Origin: Proteobacteria bacterium UBA2136
GTDB taxonomy: Bacteria; Pseudomonadota; Alphaproteobacteria; UBA2136
DNA: 64,000 bases
Reading direction: 5' to 3'
Assembly: GCA_002328405.1 (NCBI GenBank)
Contig: DCXM01000006.1
Location: forward strand, 711,837-775,836
The stretch's first letter is position 1. Each line of letters opens with the position of its first letter. Position numbers and translations under genes: made by a program. This document shows positions 1-10,044 of this stretch, in pieces. Below the pieces are notes generated by a model. It saw only the letters and a list, made by a program, of their open reading frames with translations. It did no database searches and was not told the origin of the DNA.

Positions 1-876
1 AGGTTCTCCCTCGAAAAAGGCCATGCGGAAATTTTGCGCAAAGCGGCCGAGGCGGAAAAGGCGCATGGCTTTGACGTCAACTTTATTGAAGGCCACGACA
101 AGGTGATGGAAATTTTGGGCACGGACCGTATTTCTCAAGACATTACCGCCATCAATTACAGTGAAGGCGAAGGCGCGATTGACACTGCTAAAGCGTTAGA
201 TGGTCTGCGTAAGATGATCATTCAAGCCGGTGTGCGCATTTGGGGCAGCGATGTGGTGGAAAAAGTTGAAATGGATGCAAGCCGCATCACCAAAGTGGTG
301 ACCGACACAGGCGAAGAATGCGTGGCGGAAAATTATATCATCGCCACAGGGGTGTGGAGCGGCGAATTTTTGAAAAAGATCAATTTGTCATTACCCATTC
401 GCCCAGCCAGAGTCCACATTTTGCAGCTGATTCCCACAGGTTCGATGCCCAATGCCATTTTAAGCAGTGGCGAAAAATTTGGTAACATTGTCATCAAGTC
501 GCAGGTCAATGGCCGTGCTTTGGTGATGTACACCGCATCGATGGACCCTGCCCAAGCCACTTGGTCCACCGACCAAGACCCTGAACTGATTGACTGGTTG
601 CGTCACCAAGCAGGCTTAATGGTTACATCGCTAGAACATGCGCAAATGCGCAGTGTTAACGTGGTGACCACCGCCATTACACCGGATAAAAACCCTTATA
701 TCGGCCAGCTAGAAGGGGTGGGAAATGCCTACATCGCCGCCGGAATGAATGGTAAAAGCTACGCTTATGCCGCAGGTGCCGCCAAATTTTTAGGGGCGCT
801 GATGCGTGGGGAAGAGCATAGCTTTTCAGACGAAACTGTCCAAGCGCTGAAGCCAAGTGCCACACGCTTTAAGTAA
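1..876 (+). CDS. FAD-dependent oxidoreductase (DAO / glycine-oxidase-like family), C-terminal part; 5' end lies outside the window
   Basis: Frame 1 is open from nt 1 into the listed 34..876 ORF. DAO-family-like C-terminal motifs IIATGVWSGEF and NAYIAAGMNGKSYAYAAGAAKFLG. Family call from memory. Confidence 0.55.
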   Translation, partial: RFSLEKGHAEILRKAAEAEKAHGFDVNFIEGHDKVMEILGTDRISQDITAINYSEGEGAIDTAKALDGLRKMIIQAGVRIWGSDVVEKVEMDASRITKVVTDTGEECVAENYIIATGVWSGEFLKKINLSLPIRPARVHILQLIPTGSMPNAILSSGEKFGNIVIKSQVNGRALVMYTASMDPAQATWSTDQDPELIDWLRHQAGLMVTSLEHAQMRSVNVVTTAITPDKNPYIGQLEGVGNAYIAAGMNGKSYAYAAGAAKFLGALMRGEEHSFSDETVQALKPSATRFK

Positions 877-1003
877 TTTTTACACAGGGGTTGAATTTCT
901 TTTGTTTTGCGCTTGAAATTTTTAAAAATAAGCACATATTTAAAAATGATAACAGTCTCACTTCATTCGTTTTAACCAACGCACATGGCGTTTAAGGAAA
1001 TTT

Positions 1004-1414
1004 ATGTCAATTTTGTCAGGTGATACACTGGCCGATGCTTTTTCACAAAGTGTTTTAGAGGTTTTAACCCAAGCAAAAGCGTTGCTTACAAAACAGGGGC
1101 GCTTTAGGGTGTGCACCATTAAAGGGGTCACCTACTATGTGGACCGCAAAAGGCTTACGGCGAAAGCTCGGTCGGTCAGCTTTAGTTACAATGAATTTGC
1201 GTTCATGGTTGATGCTAACACCAACATTGATAACATGGTTCGGCGTTATTTGAACAAAAAGTTTTGTGGCTTGTCAGGTCTGCCGGATGGATGGGTGTTG
1301 GGTTCTAATCAAGGCCCCATAACAGGTAAAGAGCTTGAAAATGAACGTCGTTGCGAAATGGCGGGAAAGTCAAAGTTAAAGCGGTATTGCTTAAAGCGTC
1401 GTTACTTAATTTAG
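1004..1414 (+). CDS. Hypothetical protein (136 aa), no recognisable motif
   Basis: Clean ORF followed 30 nt later by a second small ORF and then a strong + strand terminator, suggesting a two-gene unit. Confidence 0.4.
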   Translation: MSILSGDTLADAFSQSVLEVLTQAKALLTKQGRFRVCTIKGVTYYVDRKRLTAKARSVSFSYNEFAFMVDANTNIDNMVRRYLNKKFCGLSGLPDGWVLGSNQGPITGKELENERRCEMAGKSKLKRYCLKRRYLI

Positions 1415-1444
1415 TTTTAACAATTTTTTTAAAGGTAAAAGATT

Positions 1445-1663
1445 ATGTGTTTACACATTACGCAAGAACTTAAAAATGAATGTATTGCCGAATTTAGACG
1501 TGCAACATGCAGCCGTAATGGCAAAAGCTTGGAGCAGGTTCGCAAACTTAAAAGCAGCAAGCAAGCACGCATCAAACGTGAAAAAGTGTTTTTTGACCAT
1601 GCAGCCAAAAACCCGCAACTGCCACATTTGGCATATCTTTATAAGGCGGATCTTTACAAATAA
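1445..1663 (+). CDS. Hypothetical small basic protein (72 aa)
   Basis: AAAGG upstream of the ATG. Stop TAA at 1661-1663 lies about 20 nt before the terminator at 1683-1707. The competing ORFs 1451..1756(-) and 1476..1727(+) run through that terminator. Confidence 0.35.
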   Translation: MCLHITQELKNECIAEFRRATCSRNGKSLEQVRKLKSSKQARIKREKVFFDHAAKNPQLPHLAYLYKADLYK

Positions 1664-1682
1664 CTCAAAAATCGATTGGAAA

Positions 1683-1707
1683 AGGGCACGTGAGTGCTCT
1701 TTTTTTT
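1683..1707 (+). terminator. Rho-independent terminator
   Basis: AGGGCAC-GTGA-GTGCTCT hairpin (7 bp, one G.U) followed by a run of T ending at 1707. Confidence 0.75.
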
Positions 1708-1779
1708 GTGGCATATTGCACCTTTGAATGCGCTGTGGCATATTGCTTTTAAGCAATTGAGAAGAAGGCAGGCTAAAGC

Positions 1780-3558
1780 ATGACAGCGTCCATCACCGGT
1801 AAATTATGGCAAATGAAAAGCACCAATGTGCGGGGTGGGCTAAACTTGTCCCAAAAGTTGGGTATTAGCCCCATTGTGGGTCACATTTTGTCCAGCCGTG
1901 GTTTTGTGGAAACCGACATTGCCTTGTCCTTTTTAACGCCCAAACTGTCCGACCTGCCAGACCCAAACCATTTGATGGATATGGACAAGGCGGTCGCTCG
2001 TTTGATGGTTGCCATTGAAAACAATGAAAAAATTGCCATTTTTGGCGACTATGATGTGGACGGTGGTTGCGCCACCGCTTTATTGGTGCGCTATTTTAGG
2101 TCCATTGGTTTAGAAGCCTTGCTTTATATTCCCGATCGGATGACTGAAGGTTATGGCCCTAACAACCAAGCGATGGACACTCTAAAGGAAATGGGCGCCG
2201 ATGTGGTGATTACGGTGGACTGTGGCTCTGTCGCGTTTGAGCCGATGGCTTATGCCCAAAAAATTGGCTTGGATGTCATTATTACTGACCACCACCAAAC
2301 CGTGCCCGAAAAGCCCGAATGTGTGGCCTTGGTCAACCCAAACCGGGTGGATGAAACGTCACCCTGCACCATGCTTTCAGGGGCGGGGGTTGCTTTTTAT
2401 ATGGTGCTTTCTCTTACCCGTGCCTTGCGGGAAAAGGGCTTTTTTAACGATGACAGAAATGAGCCTGACAACCGCTATTTGTTAGACCTTGTCGCCGTTT
2501 CCACCGTGTGCGACATGGTGCCACTGCTGGGCCCAAACAGGGTGTTGGTGGCCATGGGGCTCAAAGCCTTGGCGTCCCGCCGCAACCTTGGTTTAGCGGC
2601 CTTGGCGGATGTTTCGGGCGTGAACGAAAAACCCAACACTTACCACGCAGGGTTTATGATTGGCCCACGCATCAACGCCGGTGGGCGGATCAGCGACTGT
2701 GACTTGGGCGCCAAACTGCTGGCCACTGAAAACCAAGAAGAGGCAATGCGCTTGGCCGAGCACCTTCACTTGCTGAATGAAGAGCGCAAAAATATTGAAT
2801 CTGAAGTGTTGGCTGAAGCGCTAACGCAGGCCGAAAAATTGATGGCGGACAACCCCAACTGTTTAATTGTCGCTGGCGAAGGTTGGCACGAAGGGGTGAT
2901 TGGGATTGTTGCCTCCCGTGTGAAGGAGAAATTCCACCGTCCCACCGTGGTCATCGCCATCGATGGGGAAGAGGCCAAAGGCTCAGGGCGTAGCATTTCA
3001 GGGGTGGACTTGGGCAAAGCCATTATTGACAATAAGCACCTGCTTATAAAAGGCGGTGGCCACAAGATGGCGGCTGGTCTTTCCATTCAAACCACGCAAA
3101 TTGAAGCGTTTAGGCAAGCCATGGAACAACATGTCACAGCGCAAATCAACAACACAGAAGACGATTTGTTGACCCAAAAATTGTATGTCGATGACTGTAT
3201 CAGCTTGGCAGGGGTTAACTTAAAACTGCTGGATGAATTGGACAGGTTGGAACCTTACGGCAACGGCCATTATGAACCTAAATTTGTCATCAGTGGGGTG
3301 TATGTGAATTATGCCAAAGCGGTGGGCGCCGATGGGTCGCACCTTTCCCTTTCCATCAGCAGTTCAACGGGCGACCAATTGCGTGGCATTGCCTTTAGGG
3401 CGATGGAAAACGACATTGGACCATTTTTGCTGGCGGCACAGCGCTCTAAAAAATCGGTGTCAGTGTTGGCAACTTTAAAGCGCAACAGCTGGCAAGGGCG
3501 GGACAGTGTTCAAATGCAAGTGGTGGACGTGATGGAAGGCACCTTTAAAAACAGCTAA
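1780..3558 (+). CDS. recJ: Single-stranded-DNA-specific exonuclease RecJ
   Basis: DHH-family motifs IAIFGDYDVDGGCA, ITVDCGS, IITDHHQ and the DHHA1 motif KGGGHKMAAG; size 592 aa. Confidence 0.93.
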   Translation: MTASITGKLWQMKSTNVRGGLNLSQKLGISPIVGHILSSRGFVETDIALSFLTPKLSDLPDPNHLMDMDKAVARLMVAIENNEKIAIFGDYDVDGGCATALLVRYFRSIGLEALLYIPDRMTEGYGPNNQAMDTLKEMGADVVITVDCGSVAFEPMAYAQKIGLDVIITDHHQTVPEKPECVALVNPNRVDETSPCTMLSGAGVAFYMVLSLTRALREKGFFNDDRNEPDNRYLLDLVAVSTVCDMVPLLGPNRVLVAMGLKALASRRNLGLAALADVSGVNEKPNTYHAGFMIGPRINAGGRISDCDLGAKLLATENQEEAMRLAEHLHLLNEERKNIESEVLAEALTQAEKLMADNPNCLIVAGEGWHEGVIGIVASRVKEKFHRPTVVIAIDGEEAKGSGRSISGVDLGKAIIDNKHLLIKGGGHKMAAGLSIQTTQIEAFRQAMEQHVTAQINNTEDDLLTQKLYVDDCISLAGVNLKLLDELDRLEPYGNGHYEPKFVISGVYVNYAKAVGADGSHLSLSISSSTGDQLRGIAFRAMENDIGPFLLAAQRSKKSVSVLATLKRNSWQGRDSVQMQVVDVMEGTFKNS

Positions 3559-4454
3559 AAGTTTAAAATCATGGCGCTGGCATCGTCAATGTGTTTGCCA
3601 CGGATGTATTTTAACTTGTGCCAGTCAATGTCTTGCTCAAAGCGGTCTCTTAGATTGTTGTAATACCCTTCAATGCTGTGCATTTTCATGTATTTTGCGG
3701 CTTCAATGTAAGTGTTTTGAAGGTCATAATCGGGGTCGGCCATGCCGTCGCTCATCATAATGAGGGACTGGGTGTTTTGAAGGTCTATCCGCCCTTGATG
3801 TATAAAATCATTCATCGCAAGCTCGCCTGTGGCCACCCCTTTTTGAACGTTGGACATGGCGCGGTGTGCTTTAATAGCGGCCATAACTTCCGGCTCTTGG
3901 CGCACATCTAAAATGCCGCAACCTCGCTTTTGTGCAAGTTGCTCAGCAATTTTTAAATATTTCAAGTCATCGTCATAACGGCTGTCCACCGTCCATTCAT
4001 GCCAATGGTTTTGGGTTGTTTGTTCAATCAGCATACAGTCACCCACTTGGGCATAGGTTGCAATACCATCGCCTTGCAATTTCACCAAAACCACTGAACC
4101 CGAAGGCCCATTTTTGCCCAATTGGTGCACCTTTGGGTGTTGGCTGGCCAAGTGTTCACCAAAGGCTTGGTTGGTTTGCGCCAAAATCTCCGCCGCGGTT
4201 TGGTTTGTAAAATCACCCTGTTCAATCTGCTCTTTAAAAAAAGCGGCAATGTAAGCACCGTCGGTTAAGCCGTTTATCTCCACATGGCTGGCCGAAGTGG
4301 CCCCGTCAAAAACACCGTAAATTTGCTGGGATTTGTTCACAATCAAGCGGTCCTCGCACATTTTCACTTCATGGTGGGGTGTTTTGTAGCCAATGTGGCT
4401 GAAGGTTTCAATTTGCGGCATTTGCTGTCTTCTTTTTCTTGGTGTTTGGGTCAA
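3555..4454 (-). CDS. PP2C-like (PPM-fold) phosphatase-like protein, divergent
   Basis: PPM-like motif series GVFDGATSAS / YAQVGDCMLI / LIMMSDGMADPDYD / HIDDASAMILNF. An alternative start is the ATG at 4421 (MPQIETF). Its stop TAG overlaps the recJ stop (CTAA at 3555-3558). Confidence 0.55.
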   Translation of the reverse strand: MTQTPRKRRQQMPQIETFSHIGYKTPHHEVKMCEDRLIVNKSQQIYGVFDGATSASHVEINGLTDGAYIAAFFKEQIEQGDFTNQTAAEILAQTNQAFGEHLASQHPKVHQLGKNGPSGSVVLVKLQGDGIATYAQVGDCMLIEQTTQNHWHEWTVDSRYDDDLKYLKIAEQLAQKRGCGILDVRQEPEVMAAIKAHRAMSNVQKGVATGELAMNDFIHQGRIDLQNTQSLIMMSDGMADPDYDLQNTYIEAAKYMKMHSIEGYYNNLRDRFEQDIDWHKLKYIRGKHIDDASAMILNF

Positions 4455-4474
4455 AAGGTTGTAAAATAAAGCTT

Positions 4475-5356
4475 ATGACTATGTTAATGGAAAATAATAA
4501 TACACACAAGAGCGAGCTGGCGGATATGGCTGGCCGCCCAGACTTGGACATTCGCATGGTCAGCGCTTTGGCGGGGGACCGCACCTTAAACGAGCGTGAA
4601 AAACACACCCTGATCCGCCTCAAAGAAGAGCGGGGTGAGGGGATATACAGCGACCTTTTGTACGCTTTAACCTATCGGTCATTCCCATCCAAGCAAGCCA
4701 AACACTTGTGGGACGAAATTACCAACCACCGCCACAACCTTAAGAGTCAATTGGGGCGGGATGTTGGCATCAGCGTCGCCACCCATGACTATTTAAGCAA
4801 TGTCGCCAACCTCCTCAAAGGTGTTGCGATGATTGAAGAATCGAAAATGTCTTCCATTGCTTCCACCGCAAGTAAGGACGGTTTAACAGGTTTGTTTGAC
4901 CATGCCACTTTCAAGCACCGCCTTAAAGAGGAAATGGAGCGCCAAGTACGTTACGGAAACCCCTTTACCTTGGTGATGTTTGACTTGGACTATTTTAAAA
5001 AAATCAATGACACTTTTGGCCACGCCGAAGGGGACATTGTCCTTAAAAAAGTTTCGGACATTTTGTTGGCACAAGCCCGTAAGATGGACACTGCAGCCCG
5101 CTACGGTGGAGAAGAGTTTGCCGTCATTCTACCCGAGGTGGAAGAGACAAGCGCCTTCATTTTTGCCGAACGTTTGCGCCAAGCGGTGGAGGAAAACTTT
5201 AAGGATGGCGCGTTCCCTGTGACCATCAGTGTTGGCTTAGCGGCTTGCAAGCCTGGGGTGGAAGAAACGCCGGAAAATCTCATCCGCAAGGCGGATGAAC
5301 AGCTTTATAAATCCAAGCAAAATGGTCGCAACCGCGTTTCTGCGCAAAATATCTAA
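4475..5356 (+). CDS. Diguanylate cyclase (GGDEF domain) with an uncharacterised ~130-aa N-terminal domain
   Basis: Active-site RYGGEEFAVILP with an RxxD I-site (RKMD) five residues upstream. The listed ORF starts at TTG 4439; ATG 4475 (MTMLMENNN) is chosen here, so the start is uncertain. Confidence 0.85.
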   Translation: MTMLMENNNTHKSELADMAGRPDLDIRMVSALAGDRTLNEREKHTLIRLKEERGEGIYSDLLYALTYRSFPSKQAKHLWDEITNHRHNLKSQLGRDVGISVATHDYLSNVANLLKGVAMIEESKMSSIASTASKDGLTGLFDHATFKHRLKEEMERQVRYGNPFTLVMFDLDYFKKINDTFGHAEGDIVLKKVSDILLAQARKMDTAARYGGEEFAVILPEVEETSAFIFAERLRQAVEENFKDGAFPVTISVGLAACKPGVEETPENLIRKADEQLYKSKQNGRNRVSAQNI

Positions 5357-5453
5357 GCTTTTTTGTGCTTTTATTTTACAGTTCAAATTGTTACAGTAAC
5401 TTCAGTGATTGACCTTTTCTTTTGACGTTCACCTGACCTTAGGGGGTGTTGCC

Positions 5454-5891
5454 ATGTTTTTAAACTTATTTAAAGGTTGTTACCATAACCTTGTAAACTT
5501 GAACCGTTCTAATCGCTTTTTTGTGTTGCAAGGGCTTTACCTTGCCTTCTTTTTTTCCTTTGTGTTTCGACCGTTGGCTTTGTTGGGGCTTGTGATGTTG
5601 GCCCTTGGCGTGGTGGGCATGTTGATGGTTCAGCGCAAGAATGACTTTTTTGTTTATTCGCTGCCGACCGTGCCTGAAGTGGCCGAAATTTTAAAGGAAA
5701 GGGGCGAGGTGGCACAATTTTTTGCACCGCTTTCTTTGGTTGTTTTTTTGCCTTGTGCGGTGTGTTTTATGATGGGGCTGGCCTTTTTTATAAAGCAAAG
5801 TTTGCTTTATTCGGGCTTTCTCTTCATGGCTTTTTTGTGGCTGACTTGGCGCTATAACACTTTGATTGACCATTTAAACGAACGCTCTTAA
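5454..5891 (+). CDS. Small polytopic membrane protein (about 4 TM), unknown function
   Basis: ATG at 5454 is preceded by AGGGGGTG. Four hydrophobic segments. Confidence 0.5.
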   Translation: MFLNLFKGCYHNLVNLNRSNRFFVLQGLYLAFFFSFVFRPLALLGLVMLALGVVGMLMVQRKNDFFVYSLPTVPEVAEILKERGEVAQFFAPLSLVVFLPCAVCFMMGLAFFIKQSLLYSGFLFMAFLWLTWRYNTLIDHLNERS

Positions 5892-6006
5892 CTTGGTTTA
5901 AGGGCTTTTTTTTTGTGGGTGGTTGTGGTAAGGTTTGGTTAAATTGTTTCATCTTTTAACGTTCGTTAAAAACTCTTTTTTATATTTTCTCAATGGAGGT
6001 GGTGTT

Positions 6007-6927
6007 ATGTATACCCCTACAAAAATTGAAACCTTTACCCAAACGGGTGCACACCCAGGTAACAACTTTAAACCAACCCTTTTTCAAAACGGTGATGCGT
6101 TGGTTAATATATTAACACCAAACGGTATTCGCATTTTTGGCGTGATAGACGGTGCCAAAGCACCTTTTGACTATCAAGTAAACGGCCAAGCGAATGACGC
6201 TTACGCGTCTGACCTGATGCACAAATTGGTTGAGCTAAACTTTGGCGTGCTGAAAAACTTGGATGAGTGGGAGTTTGCGTTAGAGTCGGTTATTTGTTCG
6301 TACCGTAACACGTTTGACGTGGTACGTCGTCAACACCCTCAATATCACACTGAAGATTACCGCTATTTCAACGGTGCTTGTGCTTTTGCGCTGGTGCTGG
6401 TGGATGAAAGGTCTGGCGATGCAGTGATGCTGCAAGCGACAGACTGTTATGTGGTGACCCAAGGCCTGCAAGGTGACCTTAAAAGTTGGTCTCATTATGA
6501 TGAAGACGCGGTGGTCAACAGTGGTTTGTTGAACCGTAGCCCACTTTTAAGTGACTGGCTTAACAAAGGTTTGCCACTGGCAGAAGCCACCAAGCGGGAA
6601 CAAGCCCGCGTGCTTGAAAACCGCAAGCGTGTTTACAACAAGTGCCAAAGCATCAACAACATGGGCATGGCGGTGATGAATGGCGACATGGACCTGATGG
6701 ACTGTGTTCAGGTGGATTATTTTAATATTCACACCGATGCGATAGAAAGTTTTGTGGTGATGAGTGATGGCTACATGTGTATTCATGATGACATTTTAAA
6801 GTCAGCGCAAGGTGCTTTAGACCATGGTGTTACAAACTTTTACCAACAACATATTCAGCCTTTGTGGTTGCAACAAAAAGGTCATGTTATGACCGATATC
6901 AGCTGTATTAAAGTTATTTACACTTAA
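6007..6927 (+). CDS. PP2C-like (PPM-fold) protein, paralog-like of 3555..4454
   Basis: ATG at 6007 is preceded by GGAGGTGG. Motifs FGVIDGAKAP / LQATDCYVV / FVVMSDGYMCIHDD / MTDISCIKVIY parallel those of 3555..4454. Confidence 0.5.
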   Translation: MYTPTKIETFTQTGAHPGNNFKPTLFQNGDALVNILTPNGIRIFGVIDGAKAPFDYQVNGQANDAYASDLMHKLVELNFGVLKNLDEWEFALESVICSYRNTFDVVRRQHPQYHTEDYRYFNGACAFALVLVDERSGDAVMLQATDCYVVTQGLQGDLKSWSHYDEDAVVNSGLLNRSPLLSDWLNKGLPLAEATKREQARVLENRKRVYNKCQSINNMGMAVMNGDMDLMDCVQVDYFNIHTDAIESFVVMSDGYMCIHDDILKSAQGALDHGVTNFYQQHIQPLWLQQKGHVMTDISCIKVIYT

Positions 6928-6944
6928 AAATAGGAGAAATTCTC

Positions 6945-7547
6945 ATGTCTGATTTAAAAAAAATGGCTAAAGCACGGGTGATGTGGTTTTACATATCGCT
7001 TGCTGTGATGTTCTGCTGTGCGCTGGTATCATTCGCGATACCGACCACCTTACCTGGTATTATTGCTGTGAGCATTGTTACAATTGTGGCCAGTGCTTAT
7101 ATAATGCTGGTGTGGATACATCACAAATGCTTTAACTATTCCAAACAGCTTGCGGAATTGATATATCTTGGTGATTTTATACTATCTTTAGCCCCTTTTG
7201 CGATTTTGGCTCAACGTGACGCTTACGTCAATGTTTCGGGGCTGGTTGTGTTTGTTGCTATCTTGGTCACTTTCCTTGTGACGTGTAAGGTGCTTGGCCG
7301 CTGTTTCTTTAAGAAGTTTAGTCAGGAATGGTCGGAAAGCTACGAAAGTCAGCAAATTGAAGACAAAAAGTCCGAACTTCGGAGTTTGTTTGATAAATAT
7401 GGTCACCCGGCTGACGCACCAGGATTTGAGCGTGAACGTAAACTGGTGGAAGATTCTATCAATTTGAACTGTCAACGTGAGCTGGATAAAGCCATTAGCT
7501 ATTTTAAGTCCAAGTCAGAATGTTTCGGCCTGAAACCCAAAGCTTAA
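6945..7547 (+). CDS. Membrane protein (about 4 TM plus a charged C-terminal tail), unknown function
   Basis: AGGAGA lies 7 nt upstream of the ATG. Hydrophobic N-terminal two-thirds. Lies 17 nt downstream of the PP2C-like gene. Confidence 0.55.
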   Translation: MSDLKKMAKARVMWFYISLAVMFCCALVSFAIPTTLPGIIAVSIVTIVASAYIMLVWIHHKCFNYSKQLAELIYLGDFILSLAPFAILAQRDAYVNVSGLVVFVAILVTFLVTCKVLGRCFFKKFSQEWSESYESQQIEDKKSELRSLFDKYGHPADAPGFERERKLVEDSINLNCQRELDKAISYFKSKSECFGLKPKA

Positions 7548-7556
7548 TCATCGAAT

Positions 7557-7587
7557 AAAAAAAGCCCCAACATTGGGGCTTTTTTTT
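7557..7587. terminator. Bidirectional rho-independent terminator between convergent genes
   Basis: A-run, then GCCCC-AACATT-GGGGC, then T-run. Confidence 0.75.
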
Positions 7588-8797
7588 ATTGTTCAAAGCA
7601 CATAATAACAAGGTTGTTGGTGTTACAGCTACTGGAGGCATTGGTTCCCCACCATGTGCCATAGCGGTGACCTGAATGTGAAGAGGAACTTGAAGTCCAT
7701 CCGTTACAATTGTCCACCAAGGGGTCGCCCGTATCAACAGCTGTGCCGTCACCGTTCACACCCGTCCATTCATTGACGGAAGTTCCAAACTTATTGCCGC
7801 TTGCGTAAACATCCACCATGTTAACGTCACCATCGGTTAAGTCAATCCAGTTGTGAGCCATGCGTGAGCCGTTGGTGTAGTAGTATGGTGTATCGCTATA
7901 TTTTGTAAAACGCGATTCGGGGTCATTTGTGGCGTCGGTGGCGACCCATGCCATAAATGTGCCAGTTAAGCCTGCTGCACTTGCTGCATTGTTACATGTG
8001 GTATCTGCGCCTGCAACACCGCCTAAATTACCATTATTGGTGCTTACCTTAAAAACTTTTTTATGTGCGGGTGGGCCTGCTTTTGTGGTTGTTGTAAAGC
8101 TGGTTGAATAGCTACCAACCGTAACTGTCATGCTGGTGTCTGTGCTATACTGGTCAGAGCTGTCATTGCGTAACTGTAAAAATTGTCCGTCATCAATTGT
8201 TTGGGTGCCTGTTCGCCAGGTGTGGATTGTGCTGCTACAATTTGAGTCACTGCATATACGATACTCTGGGTCAGGGGCGCCACTGACGGTGACATCTACT
8301 GCGCATGAAATGCCAGTGACTTCCACAATGCGACTGTATGATGTGGATTCTCTGTTGCGATTGACTTCGTCACCAAAGGTGAAACCGTCGGGTCTATCAT
8401 CACAGCTGTTTTCAATGACCGACCAAGCTGTGCCGTTACAAATGTCCAATTTTTTGGTTGTGTCGTTGTAGCGAATGGTTCCTTCGGTGTTGGTGTTGCA
8501 AGCCAAACCAGTTGATGTGCCCACCTTAATTTCGCCCGCAATGTCCATTAAAGGTTTTTGTCCGTCTGTTCGGCCACCCATTTTACCAGATGAGTCATGA
8601 CGGCTAAGGGAAACCCATGTTCCGCCATCGCAAATCAGGCGGTGAAAACGGTTGTTGTAACTGCTGACTTTAATGGCGCCATTGGTGGCACATGCACTAC
8701 CAGGTGCTTTGTCAATACTATGAGCAGGCAATGCTAGGGCCATGTTGAATGCAATGCAAACAACAAGTTTTATAATCTTAAATGAACTGTATTGCAT
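7586..8797 (-). CDS. Secreted modular protein with C-terminal endostatin-like / DUF1554-like domain
   Basis: Signal peptide MQYSSFKIIKLVVCIAFNMALALPAHS. Two Cys-bracketed ~30-aa modules (for example CNTNTEGTIRYNDTTKKLDICNGTAW). C-terminal KKVFKVSTNNGNLGGVAGADTTCNNAASAAGLTGTFMAWVATDATNDPESRF ... WTGVNGDGTA ... DNCNGWT ... LVIMCFEQ. Confidence 0.7.
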   Translation of the reverse strand: MQYSSFKIIKLVVCIAFNMALALPAHSIDKAPGSACATNGAIKVSSYNNRFHRLICDGGTWVSLSRHDSSGKMGGRTDGQKPLMDIAGEIKVGTSTGLACNTNTEGTIRYNDTTKKLDICNGTAWSVIENSCDDRPDGFTFGDEVNRNRESTSYSRIVEVTGISCAVDVTVSGAPDPEYRICSDSNCSSTIHTWRTGTQTIDDGQFLQLRNDSSDQYSTDTSMTVTVGSYSTSFTTTTKAGPPAHKKVFKVSTNNGNLGGVAGADTTCNNAASAAGLTGTFMAWVATDATNDPESRFTKYSDTPYYYTNGSRMAHNWIDLTDGDVNMVDVYASGNKFGTSVNEWTGVNGDGTAVDTGDPLVDNCNGWTSSSSSHSGHRYGTWWGTNASSSCNTNNLVIMCFEQ

Positions 8798-8808
8798 TTT
8801 GTCACCTT

Positions 8809-10044
8809 CTATTGTTCAAAGCAATAAAGCCAATTTTGTTGGTCACATTGTTCGTCGTTAGCGCTTGACCATGTACCTGTGGTGTTGTTGGCGCCATCAC
8901 GCCCTGTGTAGGCGCTACCATTTGTGGTCCATTTGTTACAGTTATCGTAAAGTGGGTCACCATTAGTAAGGTAGGCAGTACCATCTTGATTAACGCCTGT
9001 CCAAGGGCTGGAAGAAAAGCCTGTTACATTTCCATCAGCATGCATACGTTTGTTGGCTACACTAATAGCCCCGTCAACAAGGTCTGTCCAGTCATTGGCC
9101 ATTTTTGTACCATCAACAAAGCGGTATGGTACAGTGGCGCGGGTGAAGCGTGATTCGGGGTCGTTTGTGGCGTCTGTTGCAACCCAAGCATAGTAAGTAC
9201 CAGAAAGGCCTGCAGCACTGGCTTCGGACATACAAATGTTATCCGCAGCTGTTACCCCTCCAAAGTTACCACGGTAACGATTGCTGGTGATAAAAACCCG
9301 TTTGTATGTGGCGTTGTCAGTTGTTGAAATATTATAATTATCCACGGCTGAGCCAACGTTTAAAGTGGCGGTTGTTACCTTACCGTCCGCACTGTCAGAG
9401 GTGTTGCGTACTTGAATGTATTGACCATTGGTGATGTTTTGAGAGGTTGAACCATAAGCCACTGCCACGTTGGAGCATGTGGCGTCGTTGCAAATGCGAA
9501 ATTCCGGCGCTGGTGACCCTGAAATGCTGACTAAGGTCGGGCATGAGATATCCGTAATTTGCACAATGGATGAAGGGTAGCTGGTGCTTGTACTGGCTCC
9601 GGTCGTGTTGGGGATATCAAAGCCGCTTGGACTATTGTCACAACTTAAGTTTAAACTGTCCCAAGTGGCGCCTGTGCAAATTTCTAAAACTTTGGTCGTG
9701 CTGTCAAATCGCAGTGTACCTTCATTGCTACTATTACATAAAATGCCTGTGGATGCGCCGACTTTAATTTCACCGGCTACGTCTAACGGTGCTTCAGGCG
9801 ATGATTTGTTGATCCCTAAATATCCACTGGTCGTCCCTTGGGTTAAAATAACCCAATTGGCACCATCACAAATAAAAGTACTAAAGGTGTTGCCGTTATT
9901 GTCCATTGAAGTTTGGCCCGTAACCGAGCAGGCTTCTCCTTCGGTTACCGCCAAAGTTGTCTGTGAAAGTAGGGTGACAGTAAAAAATAAAAATAAAAAT
10001 GCGGCCACAGGGCGGCAAAAAAATTGGAGTGGATTAAACGCCAT
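8809..10044 (-). CDS. Secreted modular protein with C-terminal endostatin-like / DUF1554-like domain (tandem paralog)
   Basis: Same architecture as 7586..8797. KRVFITSNRYRGNFGGVTAADNICMSEASAAGLSGTYYAWVATDATNDPESRF ... NWLYCFEQ. The start is placed at ATG 10044 (MAFNPLQ), preceded by AGGTGA; the listed ORF extends to GTG 10053. Confidence 0.7.
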   Translation of the reverse strand: MAFNPLQFFCRPVAAFLFLFFTVTLLSQTTLAVTEGEACSVTGQTSMDNNGNTFSTFICDGANWVILTQGTTSGYLGINKSSPEAPLDVAGEIKVGASTGILCNSSNEGTLRFDSTTKVLEICTGATWDSLNLSCDNSPSGFDIPNTTGASTSTSYPSSIVQITDISCPTLVSISGSPAPEFRICNDATCSNVAVAYGSTSQNITNGQYIQVRNTSDSADGKVTTATLNVGSAVDNYNISTTDNATYKRVFITSNRYRGNFGGVTAADNICMSEASAAGLSGTYYAWVATDATNDPESRFTRATVPYRFVDGTKMANDWTDLVDGAISVANKRMHADGNVTGFSSSPWTGVNQDGTAYLTNGDPLYDNCNKWTTNGSAYTGRDGANNTTGTWSSANDEQCDQQNWLYCFEQ

